Shown here one piece after another: positions 41,139-51,400 of a stretch of 64,000 nt of DNA. The stretch is taken from NCBI GenBank assembly GCA_965222075.1, contig OZ244937.1:4992001-5056000 (forward strand). Reading direction: 5' to 3'. Origin of the DNA: Candidatus Latescibacterota bacterium. Its GTDB lineage: Bacteria > Latescibacterota > UBA2968 > GCA-2709665. The notes beneath the pieces were generated by a model. The model worked only from the letters and a program-made list of their open reading frames with translations. It had not been told where the DNA came from and ran no database searches. The first letter of the stretch is position 1; each line of letters opens with the position of its first letter. The translations under genes were made by a program, and so were the position numbers.

Positions 41139-41975
41139 ATGGGATCGGTTCGGGCAGTTTATATGATTACGGATATGGAGGGGGTGGCCGGGGTGGACGA
41201 CTGGGATCCCCGGCATTTTGAATATGCCAATCAGGCCAAGGGGGTGTACGACCGCTCGGAGGTGCAGCGGCTGCTGACGGGGGAGGTGAACGCTGCGGCC
41301 GAAGGGCTGTTCGAGGCGGGGGTGGGGGAGATTCTGATTAACGACGGGCACGGTGCGGGGCGGACGATTCTGCCCGAGGAGCTGATTTCGGGGGTCAAAA
41401 TCGTTCGGGGGAAGAACCGGCCGCGTGGGCTGACGGGGTGCTCGTCGAAGTTCGATGCGATGGTGCAGGTGGGGATGCATGCGATGGCCAACACCCCAAA
41501 CGCCTGCTTGGCGCACACGATGAGCCGGGACGTTGTTTACCGGGTGAACGGGCGGGAGGTGGGGGAGATGCAGATTGCGGCCTACTTAGCAGGCCAGCTC
41601 GGCATTCCCTGGATTTTCACGTCGGGAGATTTGCACGCGTGCCGGGAGTCGGAGGACTGGGTGGAGGGGATTGTGACGGCGCCGGTGAAGGAGGGACTGT
41701 CGGATTTGTGTGCGATCCACCTGGCGCCCGTGGATGCCCGGAAGCTGATCCGGGAGCGGATTCAGGAGGCGGTGAAGGTGGCGGAAGAGATCGAGCCGCT
41801 GAGGGCGGAGGGTCCGGTGGTAATGGAGATCGAGCGGGGGGAGCCGTGGCCGGCGAAGTTGAGGGAAGGGGCGGAACGGGTGGACGCGTTTACGATCCGG
41901 TATACCGGAGACCATTTCTGGCAGGTGTACCACCACTACTACCAGGGGAGACCGGATTTGTCGCTGCCGGAGTGA
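41139..41975 (+). CDS. M55 family D-aminopeptidase (DppA-like)
   Basis: DMEGVAG, DGHG, GMHA, HT, GE and SGD motifs. Confidence 0.9.
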   Translation: MGSVRAVYMITDMEGVAGVDDWDPRHFEYANQAKGVYDRSEVQRLLTGEVNAAAEGLFEAGVGEILINDGHGAGRTILPEELISGVKIVRGKNRPRGLTGCSSKFDAMVQVGMHAMANTPNACLAHTMSRDVVYRVNGREVGEMQIAAYLAGQLGIPWIFTSGDLHACRESEDWVEGIVTAPVKEGLSDLCAIHLAPVDARKLIRERIQEAVKVAEEIEPLRAEGPVVMEIERGEPWPAKLREGAERVDAFTIRYTGDHFWQVYHHYYQGRPDLSLPE

Positions 41976-42178
41976 AAGGAGGTTGCCCAAGACAAGGGGA
42001 TCAGCCTGGTGCAACTGGCAATTGCCTGGGTTTTGCGGCTGCCGGTGATCTCCTGCGTTCTGGGGAGGCCAAGAGTCCGAAGCAGGTTGAAAAACACGTG
42101 GGGGCGGCGGAAGTGAGGTTCAGCGCGGAGGAGTTAGAGCGCATCGAAGCGATTCTGGAAGATACACCGGAGGGGTGA
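41976..42178 (+). pseudogene. Frameshifted C-terminal fragment of an aldo/keto reductase
   Basis: KEVAQDKGISLVQLAIAWVLRLPVISCVLG / AKSPKQVEKHVGAAEVRFSAEELERIEAIL across two frames. Confidence 0.75.
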
Positions 42179-42242
42179 AAGGGGATTACAAAACGTAAGA
42201 TGCAAGCTGGCCTTTCGCAAAAAATCGGAGGATGGAGCTTTT

Positions 42243-43034
42243 ATGGAAAAGGAACTGGTTCAGATGCGGGTGAACGGGTGGTGTGTTTTGGAGGGGATTG
42301 TTCCCGAAGATCGAGTGGGGGCGGTGCGCCAGAGTGTCTTGGAGTCCGTTGAGCGGCACGGGAGGCCCGAACCCCGTGAGGTAGGGATCGGCCATGTGTC
42401 GGGATTTATTGGGTACGACCAGTCGCTTGCCCCTTACCTGGCGGATTCACGCCTTATGGGCATTGCAGGGGCGCTGCTGGGTCATCATGTGCGGATTTCC
42501 ATGGTGTCTGCAACAATAAATCTGCCTGGAAATAAACGGGGGGTATGGCATGCGGACTGGCCTTTCAACCAGAACAACGTGGGGCACATCCGGGCGCCTT
42601 ACCCGGATGTGGTTGCACATTTGACGACGCTGTGGATGCTTTCGCCCTTCAGTGCGGAGAACGGGGGGACGCTCATTCTGCCGGGCAGCCACCGGGCGGA
42701 CAACAACCCCACCGGAGACAACGGAATCGATCCGAAGGATTTCCTGCCGGGCGAACTCCAGGCTACCGGAGAGGCCGGCAGTGTGCTGGTGATAGACAGC
42801 CGGCTGTGGCACGCCTCGGCCCCCAATACCACCGATGAACCGCGTGTGTCGGTTGTGATTCGCTATGCTCCCTGGTGGCTCAACACGGATGTGCTGATGC
42901 CCGGTTCGGCCGAACGGGCGCGGATGGTGGACGAGCCGGGCGCTTCGGAGAATGAGCAGCCGCCAGTGCCGAAGGAGGTCTACGATGGCCTGCCCGAGGA
43001 TGTGAAACCCCTTTTCCGGCACTGGGTGAGGTGA
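42243..43034 (+). CDS. Phytanoyl-CoA dioxygenase (PhyH) family Fe(II)/2OG enzyme
   Basis: WHAD, NGGT...PGSH and WH...N...R motifs. Confidence 0.9.
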   Translation: MEKELVQMRVNGWCVLEGIVPEDRVGAVRQSVLESVERHGRPEPREVGIGHVSGFIGYDQSLAPYLADSRLMGIAGALLGHHVRISMVSATINLPGNKRGVWHADWPFNQNNVGHIRAPYPDVVAHLTTLWMLSPFSAENGGTLILPGSHRADNNPTGDNGIDPKDFLPGELQATGEAGSVLVIDSRLWHASAPNTTDEPRVSVVIRYAPWWLNTDVLMPGSAERARMVDEPGASENEQPPVPKEVYDGLPEDVKPLFRHWVR

Positions 43035-43038
43035 TGCC

Positions 43039-44400
43039 ATGGTAGAACGAAATATCGGGATCTGCCGCCAGCTCTTTGTGGACGATTTCTGGATCGACCA
43101 TTCGGAAGGGGTCACGCGGCGGCTGCACGAGCCGGTGCGCCGGGATGTGGCGATCGCTCCCGAGCATCCCTGGGAGCGGGACGGCGTTTCCTATATGGTG
43201 ACGTTTCGGGAGGGGGATCGCTTTCGGGGCTGGTACCGCTGCGACGCGGAGATGTCTGTTCACAAGAAGCGGCAGGTCCTGATTGCCTATGCCGAAAGTT
43301 CGGACGGCATTCACTGGGAGAAGCCGGTGCTGGGTCTTATCGAATTTGCAGGGTCCAAGGAGAACAATCTGGTCTGGACCGGCCCGGGGAACAATATGTC
43401 GCCGTTTCGGGACGACGCTCCGGACGCGCCCGAGGAGGAACGCTACAAGGCGATTGTCCGGGACCGGCCCGGCGTATTCGCGCTCGTGTCTCCAGACGGG
43501 CTGCGCTGGCGGTTGATGCGGGAGGAGCCGATTCTGACTGAAGGGCCTTTCGATTCACACAATATCGCGTTTCGGGATCCCTGGAAGGATGAGTACGTGA
43601 TCTATTGCCGGGGTGTGGCCGGAGAAGGGAATTTCTTAGGCGGCGTCCGGTGGATCCGACGGACGACCTCGCAGGACTTTCGGACCTGGACGCCCTTAGA
43701 GCCGATCGATGCGGGCGATACGCCGTTTGAACACCTCTACACCAATGCCTGCGTTCCCTACGAACGGTCGCCGGGCACCTATCTGATGTTCCCTTCCCGG
43801 TTCGTGCCCGAGCGCGAGCCGACACCCGACTGGAAATACGGCCCGGGCGTGAACGATATCGTGTTTATGTCCAGCCGGGACGGGCTGCATTTTGACCGCA
43901 GTTTTATGGAGGCTTTCCGCCGGCCCGGGCCGGATGAGGGGAATTGGCACGAGCGCGCGGTTTACATGGAACGGGGGATTTTGCAGACATCGCCGACGGA
44001 GATGTCGATGTTCGGGATGGAGAACTGGCGGCTGCCCTCTGTTCGCATCTCGCGTTATACCCTCCGAACCGACGGCTTTGTGTCGGTCAACGCTGGGTTC
44101 GCGGGGGGGGGATTTACCACCCCGGCGCTGGTTTTTGAGGGCGATGAGCTGGAATTGAACTACGCGACATCGGCGGTGGGGTCGGTTCGGGTGGAGGTCC
44201 AGGATGCCGGTGGAGGCCCTCTGCCCGGTTTTGCACTGGATACGTGTCCCGAGATCTTTGGCGATGAGATCGAGGGAGTGGTGCGCTGGGCGGACGGGGG
44301 TGATGTGGGGGCGCTGGCGGGCCGGCCGGTGCGGCTGCGGTTTGTGATGAAGGATGCGGACGTGTTTGCGTTTCGGTTTCGGGAAAAGGGGACGGCTTGA
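43039..44400 (+). CDS. Putative five-bladed beta-propeller glycoside hydrolase-like protein
   Basis: QLFVDD, YAESSDGIHWEKP, SPDGLRW, FDSHN and LRTDGF motifs; Asp-box-like repeats. Confidence 0.7.
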   Translation: MVERNIGICRQLFVDDFWIDHSEGVTRRLHEPVRRDVAIAPEHPWERDGVSYMVTFREGDRFRGWYRCDAEMSVHKKRQVLIAYAESSDGIHWEKPVLGLIEFAGSKENNLVWTGPGNNMSPFRDDAPDAPEEERYKAIVRDRPGVFALVSPDGLRWRLMREEPILTEGPFDSHNIAFRDPWKDEYVIYCRGVAGEGNFLGGVRWIRRTTSQDFRTWTPLEPIDAGDTPFEHLYTNACVPYERSPGTYLMFPSRFVPEREPTPDWKYGPGVNDIVFMSSRDGLHFDRSFMEAFRRPGPDEGNWHERAVYMERGILQTSPTEMSMFGMENWRLPSVRISRYTLRTDGFVSVNAGFAGGGFTTPALVFEGDELELNYATSAVGSVRVEVQDAGGGPLPGFALDTCPEIFGDEIEGVVRWADGGDVGALAGRPVRLRFVMKDADVFAFRFREKGTA

Positions 44401-44643
44401 CACGGTGTCCGTGTCTCTCCATACTCGCGGCCGGTGAGCCTGCGTGCGGCCACACGGGTAATTGCGATGGGATAAGAGGAGGAAATTTCGGGTTTCGGAA
44501 TGCGCAATATTAAGGTTTTTCAATTCGCAATGTGACAGGGGTCAAGTAGGTCTTGACCAGGAATACCTGATTGTGTAATTTTACATGTGCTGTTGAGCCG
44601 GTATCAGCCGGGGCATTTACCAGCATTCTTGGGGGAAAGAAGG

Positions 44644-47139
44644 ATGACAAGGAATAGCGAATTTGGAGGTTGCAATTTTACCGGGTTGTTCCACCTGTTC
44701 TCCGGGGTGCTGGTTCTGATCTTTGTTTGTGTCGGCCTGGGCGTATCGGACGGTAAGGAAGGGGAGATTCTTTATTCGCGCGCCGAACTGGATTCTCTGA
44801 CTTCTGGGGCCGAGCGACAGATGGGTGCGGGCGCGTTTGCGGAGGCCGCCGGCATCCTCGCCCGCCTTGCGGAGGCCTATCCGGAGGATGCCGTGCTCCA
44901 GATCCAGCTGGGCCATGCGTATCTGAAAAGTGGAGGCTTCAAAGGGGCTCGGGATGCCTTTAAGAGGGCCAAAGAACTCGATGGAACGCTCGTTGAGGCT
45001 TATGTGGGCCTCGGGATGGCCCACTTGAAGACGCCCGCCAGGGGGGTGCCGGCTTACTACAACTTCCGGCGTTCGGTGGGCGAGGCCAAGCGGGCGATCA
45101 AGATTGATTCCACGTACGCACCGGCTTACTGGCTTTTGGGCGAGGGCTATGAAGAATTCGAGGAAGACCATGAAAAGGCCGTGGCGTATTTTATGAAGTA
45201 TATCCAGCTGGAGTCGGACAATCCGGACGGGCTTTACGCCTTCGGGATTGCCTGTATTCAGGCCAAGCAATACGAGAAGGTGGACCAGTATCTCGCGCCC
45301 TACCTGAAGGAGAACCCCGAGGAGGTCCAGCTTCTTCCCCTCGTGGCTCAGGCGCATTTCTTTCTGGAACGCTTTGATCTGGCTTTAGAAAACTTCGAAC
45401 GCTATCTGCAGACGCTGGACGAGGAGGAGCGTCAGCTTTACACCGACATCTCTTTGGTTGCTTCCAATCAGGAGGTCGAGGATCTGGAGGCGACCCCGGA
45501 GGGGGAGCGTGTGGCCTACCTGGAGCAGTTCTGGCTGAGGCGGGATTCGGATATTCTGACCAAGATCAACGAGCGCATTATCGAGCACTATCGCCGGGTC
45601 TGGTACGCGCGGACCACTTTTGCCGACAGAATTCATCCCTGGGACAAACGGGGGGAGGTCTACATCCGGTATGGAGAGCCGGATTACCGCTCGCGGTCTA
45701 CGCAGCGGCAGTTCGTGCAGAGTGCCGAGGTCGAGCAGGTGCGCAACAATATGGCCGTGAAGATGTATGGCGCCGAGGCCACTTTCCTGACCTTTACCGG
45801 TCCGGTGTTTCCGGTCCGGTCGGTTCACAATCCAAACGCTGCGGGCCTACACAGCCTGCTCGACGAGTCCGGCGTGCCCGAAGAGGCGGATGACCCCTTT
45901 GATGAGGAGGCCGCTACGCAAATTCCAGAGGACGCGGCGGGGCCTCAAGGGTCGGTTGGGGACGGTTCGGGTGACGTGAATCCACTCGATAGTCCGGATA
46001 GCCGCTTCGACGAATTCGGTAATTTCAGGACCAAGCTCAATTTTGGGGGGTTCGCCCCCATCACGATGGGGAATGAGTTCGGGACCGTGCCCTGGGAGAC
46101 CTGGACGTATACGAAGATCGGGGGCGGCATCGAGATTACGTTCACAGACGAGAGGGGCAACGGGCAGTTCGATTTTGCGCCCATCCCACCGCCCGACTAC
46201 GACACAAACGTTGGCGATATGGCGCGTATCAACGAATTTGCGCCCGGCACGATTTTCGCGAACACCGCGGCCCAGGTGCCGGACTACTACCGCCCGAGCT
46301 TTCAACATCCCCCGCTTGACTTCTACTACGACCTGGCCGATTTCCGGGCTTCGGAGGGTCAAACCGCCTTAGAGGTCTACTACGGGATACCCCCCGAGCA
46401 GGTCGAGGCCGTGGAGAACTCGGACACGTCCCTGGTCCACGTGCAGTGCGCCGTGGCCTTGGCGAATTCGGATTATACCTCAATCCACCGGACCGCGTTG
46501 AAACACGCCTACCGGGTTGCAAACCGGTCTGATGCGCAGGCGATGGGATCGTTTATGCCCGAACTCCTCAAGGTGGAGGTGCCTCCCGGAGAATATGAGC
46601 TGCAGGTCCAGATCAAGGATCTGGTTTCGGGGCGCACCGGAATTTACAGGCAGTCGGTAGAGGTCAAAGAGTATCCCGAAGACGCGCTCCGAATCAGCGA
46701 CATCCAGCTTGCGGCGGCAATTGAAGACACGGGTTCGGCCCAGAGGTTCCGGAAGGGAGAGGTGTGGGTTGTGCCGATGCCGACCCGGAACTACCGGGAA
46801 TCCCAGAAGTTCTACGCCTATTATGAGATCTACAACCTCAGCAAGGACCCTTTCGGGCAGACGCGCTTCAGCGTACGATATCTGGTTCGGTCGATCTCAA
46901 AGCCGATCAAGGGGGCGTTGGGATCGCTTGCGGGGGGAGTTCGTTCCCTCTTCAAGAGCAAAAAACCCCAGGTTTCGATTACCCATGAACAGACCGGATT
47001 CGAACCGGCGGAGCAGGGATACGTGGAAATCGATTTGAGCAAGGCCAAGCCCGGGATTAACATCCTTGAGGTTGAGATTAAGGATCTTGTCACCGGTGAG
47101 AGCGCGACCCGGGAGATCCGGTTTCAGTACGGGGGGTGA
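44644..47139 (+). CDS. TPR + GWxTD-domain protein (variant motif)
   Basis: Signal/TM segment, TPRs, FW...D...NER..EHYRRV..A...F and WDKRGEVYIRYGEPD, followed by C-terminal Ig-like domains. Confidence 0.85.
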   Translation: MTRNSEFGGCNFTGLFHLFSGVLVLIFVCVGLGVSDGKEGEILYSRAELDSLTSGAERQMGAGAFAEAAGILARLAEAYPEDAVLQIQLGHAYLKSGGFKGARDAFKRAKELDGTLVEAYVGLGMAHLKTPARGVPAYYNFRRSVGEAKRAIKIDSTYAPAYWLLGEGYEEFEEDHEKAVAYFMKYIQLESDNPDGLYAFGIACIQAKQYEKVDQYLAPYLKENPEEVQLLPLVAQAHFFLERFDLALENFERYLQTLDEEERQLYTDISLVASNQEVEDLEATPEGERVAYLEQFWLRRDSDILTKINERIIEHYRRVWYARTTFADRIHPWDKRGEVYIRYGEPDYRSRSTQRQFVQSAEVEQVRNNMAVKMYGAEATFLTFTGPVFPVRSVHNPNAAGLHSLLDESGVPEEADDPFDEEAATQIPEDAAGPQGSVGDGSGDVNPLDSPDSRFDEFGNFRTKLNFGGFAPITMGNEFGTVPWETWTYTKIGGGIEITFTDERGNGQFDFAPIPPPDYDTNVGDMARINEFAPGTIFANTAAQVPDYYRPSFQHPPLDFYYDLADFRASEGQTALEVYYGIPPEQVEAVENSDTSLVHVQCAVALANSDYTSIHRTALKHAYRVANRSDAQAMGSFMPELLKVEVPPGEYELQVQIKDLVSGRTGIYRQSVEVKEYPEDALRISDIQLAAAIEDTGSAQRFRKGEVWVVPMPTRNYRESQKFYAYYEIYNLSKDPFGQTRFSVRYLVRSISKPIKGALGSLAGGVRSLFKSKKPQVSITHEQTGFEPAEQGYVEIDLSKAKPGINILEVEIKDLVTGESATREIRFQYGG

Positions 47140-47153
47140 GTTTTGATTTTTGC

Positions 47154-47215
47154 ACCCCAGAGACGCAGAGGATGCAGAGAAAAAGAAAAAAAGGTCTGTG
47201 CGGCGTCCCTGGGGT
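47154..47215. repeat. ACC(G/C)CAGAGACGC palindromic repeat copy
   Basis: ACCCCAGAGACGC ... GCGTCCCTGGGGT. Confidence 0.65.
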
Positions 47216-47332
47216 CCGATCGCAATGCGGGTGGATGTTGATTCGGTCCAGGATTTTGTAATTGTTTTTAATACGTTTATCTCTGTTGGAGGGGGGGTAA
47301 TAAAGACCTGTTGTTGAGATAAAAAAAAAGCC

Positions 47333-47362
47333 TTGACAGAATGAATAGATCGGTTGTAAATT
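47333..47362 (+). promoter_or_regulatory. Putative sigma70 promoter of the OMP-TBDR operon
   Basis: A-tract UP-like element, then TTGACA-18 bp-TAAATT. Confidence 0.5.
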
Positions 47363-47621
47363 CCGTTTCTAATAAGGACAAATGAACCATAACTGTTTAG
47401 GAGGTTGAGGTTTGAGCAGAAGAAGACAAGTGTTTACAAGATGGCCGCACTGTCGGGGTGGAATGGCTGACAGTACGGCTTCTATATGTCTATAGCTGTT
47501 GGCCGTTGATGTAAGCGCGTGGGGCTTTTTTATCCGAGAGGAGGTGGTCGTTGGCCGCACACTTATATTCGGGTGTTTTCCGTTATTCTTTATCGGCCCA
47601 AAGCCTGGAGGAGAATGTGTT

Positions 47622-48341
47622 ATGAGAAAGTGTAAAGTTGTCAGTTTCGTTGTGGTGGCGCTCCTGCTGAGTTCGACGGTGGTTGTCTACGGCCAAAGTG
47701 CGGGTGCAAGCTGGGGTGTGGGCGCATTTTTGGACTATAACCGGTCGCTGTTCAAGATGAAAGACTGGTTTGACGACGGGCAGGGCAAAGTGGGGGTGGT
47801 CTTCACCTACGTGGTGGGTCCCAAGGTGAGCGTGGAGGTGGAGTATAGCCGTTCCAGGTTCACCAACGGGAGCCTTCAGGAGCGCACGTTCACGTGGGGT
47901 GTAGACGGTAAGGACTACCTCTCGCCTGGTGCGGTGAGCCAGATGACGATGAACAATTTTTTGGTGAATGGGATCATCCGGAGGACTGGCGCGGAGGTTC
48001 TTCGTCAGGGGAGTTATGCGCCCTATTTGACGGTGGGTGCTGGGTTTTACGATTATTCGACGGATGTTCGGAATTTGATTTATCCGGGTCAGAAGACGGC
48101 GCCTTTGGACCAGGCGTTGAAGCTGGATGCGTTCAGTGACACGCGCACGGCGCTTGGAGTGAACGCGGGTTTGGGGGTAGAGGGATTTGTGTTCGACAAT
48201 ATGGCTGTGGATCTTCGTCTTCGGTATAATGTGTTGTTGGGTGAGCTTCGTCCCATGGAGGCGTGGGGGATAGAGGGGCAGACGTTTCCGATGCAGTTTT
48301 GGAATGTTCGGGGAGGGTTGAGGTTTTATTTTGCGCGGTAG
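47622..48341 (+). CDS. Small outer-membrane beta-barrel protein (OmpA/OmpW-like), copy 1
   Basis: Signal peptide, amphipathic strands, PYLTVGAG, GVNAGLGVE and terminal GLRFYF. Confidence 0.85.
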   Translation: MRKCKVVSFVVVALLLSSTVVVYGQSAGASWGVGAFLDYNRSLFKMKDWFDDGQGKVGVVFTYVVGPKVSVEVEYSRSRFTNGSLQERTFTWGVDGKDYLSPGAVSQMTMNNFLVNGIIRRTGAEVLRQGSYAPYLTVGAGFYDYSTDVRNLIYPGQKTAPLDQALKLDAFSDTRTALGVNAGLGVEGFVFDNMAVDLRLRYNVLLGELRPMEAWGIEGQTFPMQFWNVRGGLRFYFAR

Positions 48342-48414
48342 GTCGTCGTTCGTTGTAGGGGATTGGTATCTCGTAGAAGCACACCAGAAGAAACGAGCGA
48401 CGATGTGAGCTGGG
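47664..48414. repeat. About 750-bp near-identical direct repeat of 62085-62835
   Basis: About 7 substitutions seen by eye. Covers the mature OMP and the downstream intergenic hairpin. Confidence 0.95.
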
Positions 48415-48431
48415 GAAAAGAAAAGGAGGAG

Positions 48432-51400
48432 ATGATGAGAAGGTTACAGATTTTGACAGGGATCGTACTTGCGCTGTGCGCTGTTCTGGCGATGGGCAGT
48501 GTGGCCACGGCAGGGACCACCGGGAAGGTGATGGGTGTTGTGATGGATGAGAAGGGAGATCCGCTGCCGGGGGCCAGCGTGGTGTTTGAGGGCACCCAGC
48601 GAGGCGCCGTTACCGATGCGGATGGGGCCTATATCCTCCTGTCGGCGGATCCCGGGGTCTACAGAGCGGTGGCCTCGATGGTGGGGTACCATACGGTGAC
48701 CCAGGAGCAGGTACAGGTGCGGGCGGAGTTCACCACGACGGTGAATTTCACGCTTCGAGAGCAGGAACTGGCGCTGGAGGAGATGGTGGTGGTGGCGGAG
48801 CGCCCGCCGGTGGAACCGGACAAGACAGAGAGCCGGTATGTGATAACGGCCAAGGATATCGAGCAGGCGCCGATCCTGCGAACGGTCAGCGATGTGATCA
48901 CGCTGGAGGCCGGCGTGGCCACCGACGGCACCGGCGCGATCCGGTCGGGGAATTTGCCGGACAACGGCTACTATGTGGACGGGATCCGGATACAAAACCA
49001 GGATGGGAAGGCCATTTACACCAGCTACGGGTGGAACCAGTGGGGACAGAATGTCAATGCGAAGGCGGTGCAGGAGATCTCCCTGATAACCGGTGGGCTG
49101 AATGCCGAGTACGGAAACGCGCAGGCCGGAGTGGTGAACATCATCACCAAGGATGGCGGGTCTGAGTACCACGGCGAGGTGGAATACCGGCTCACCCCTG
49201 CTGGGAAGAAGCACTGGGGAGCGGATGTTTACGAGGCGCCTGAGCACCGGGGGAATGCGAAGTGGGACGACCCGGAGTGGGTGGCGGAGGTGGATCCCCA
49301 GACGGGGAATCTGGTGCACCAGCGGACCAACTACACGAACTGGCGCGGACATCACTACGACGGTCATTTCAGCGGTCCGCTGCTTGGACAATCGTCCTTT
49401 TTCGTCAGCGCGATGCACCGACGGGCCGCGCCGGCTACCCCCAACGCGTGGGGGAAGCACCAGCCGCCCAACATCCGCACAACGGCAAAGCTGACGGTTC
49501 CGGGCGGATCGAACATGAAGTTCCGGTTCGGCTGGATCTACGACTACGCGGAAGATCACCAGGACGGCCGCACCGGCGGCACCACGTCCAACACGCCCAA
49601 CGTGCTGAGGGGCACGGGTCGGAACCTGTTCCTGCCGGTGGGGTCGCCAGCGGCGACGAGGGAGGTTACGGAGAACCTGCTCTACGGCGCGCTGACCCAC
49701 ACGGTCAGTCCAAAGACGTTTTATGAGGTGCGGTTATCGCGGTATTTAAGCAGGCAGGACACCAGCAAGCCGGGGACCATGACCTCACACGTCAGGAATG
49801 ACAAGGCAGGGTACTTCCACATCGGCCGGGATGAGGTCCTGGACTTTCGGATCGGCGAGCAGAACCGACTCGGCCTCAAGGCCGACCTGTCGAGCCAGGT
49901 CACGAAGGGGCACTTCATCAAGGCCGGGATCGATTACACGGCGTACGAAAACTGGTATTCCTGGGAGGCCAATACGCCCGGGGATACGAAGCAGCAGATC
50001 GTCTACATCGCCGACGGGGAGCCGGGCAATGCGATCAATCCGAAGCAGCTCGCCCTCTACGTCCAGGACAAGATGGAGTTTGAGGGCTTTACCGTGAACG
50101 CGGGCATCCGCTACGACCGGTTCTGGGGCGTGGATGTGCCGCTGATGGGCGCGATGCGGAAGTTCGTTTACAACAGGATGAACCGCTACATTCAGGCGCC
50201 TTTCTTGCCGATGCGGCCGATCGCCAACTGGAGCCCGAGGGTCGGGATCGCGCATCCGATCACGGACAGGGCGGCCCTGCACTTTTACTACGGGCACCTG
50301 TTCCAGCTCCCGAGTTTCTTCCCGATGTTCCACGAGGAGTGGTCGGGTACCGGTGGGCCGATTCAGGATATCAAGTGGAGCAACTACAACCAGACCTACC
50401 GGCCTGCCGGCACGGCCGGGGTACGGCCGATCTGGGACGACTCACAGCGGACGATCAGCTTTGAGTTGGGTACCGACTGGAACTTCGTGAGCGACTATAC
50501 GGTGGCGCTGGCCACCTTTTACAAGACCGCGTTTTTCCAGGATACGGGGGGTGCGAATATCACCTACAATCCGGGCACGAAGGTAAATGACTTCATCTCC
50601 TCCTATTCCAACACGTGGATGGAGGAGATTCGGGGCTTTGAGTTCAGCATCCGGAAGAGGTTTAGAAACTACTTCTCGTTCCGGGCGGCGCTAAACATCG
50701 AGTGGGCGGAGGAGGGTCAGGGTGGAGGTGGGAATGCCGCGGTCGCCGAAACTGCGTTCCCGGATTCCGCCTGGATTGTCGGCAGCGGGTACTACTTCCT
50801 CGACTGGGAGATCTCCGGCGGCCAGGAGCGTGGGGTGCCGCTCACGGATGAGCAGAAGCGGGAGATTGGCGCACAGGCCAATGCCGTCGTAAAGGACTTG
50901 CAGGCGAATCCCCTAAAGTATGTACAGGGGGCATCCGAACCGGGTCGGCTCTTCGCGGCCTGGGAGCAGGACTGGATGTCGGGCGAGACCCAGCAGGCGT
51001 CTGAGGGCATCTACCTGCTTCTCAATCTGCAGGGCGTCAGCCGGCGCGACAGGGGGCGGGCCGGACAGGGTAGCTTTCAGTTCTTTTTCGAGTCCCCGAT
51101 GGATTTAGGACCGGGTCCGAAGTTCGGCGGGCGCACCCTCTTAGGCGGCGTGCGTGCGAACCTGCTCTACCGGATCTACACCGGATCGAAGTTCGAGTAC
51201 GTCAACCTCGACGCGGTCAACGCAAAGGCGAGGGGGCCTTTGCACACGCGAGCGGATCTGAACGTGCAGAAGCGCTTTCAGGTCGGCGGCGTATCCGCCG
51301 ACCTCTACGTGGAGGTGTCCAATCTGTTCGATCAGAAGGACGCCAGAGCCACGAATGAGGACTACATGTGGTGGGGGCTGCAGACTCCAAAGCCCAACGA

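Noticed and set aside
47445-47530. Canonical TPP or cobalamin riboswitch
   Set aside because: The CUGAGA, ACCUG and B12-box elements are absent or degenerate. Kept only as an unassigned leader.
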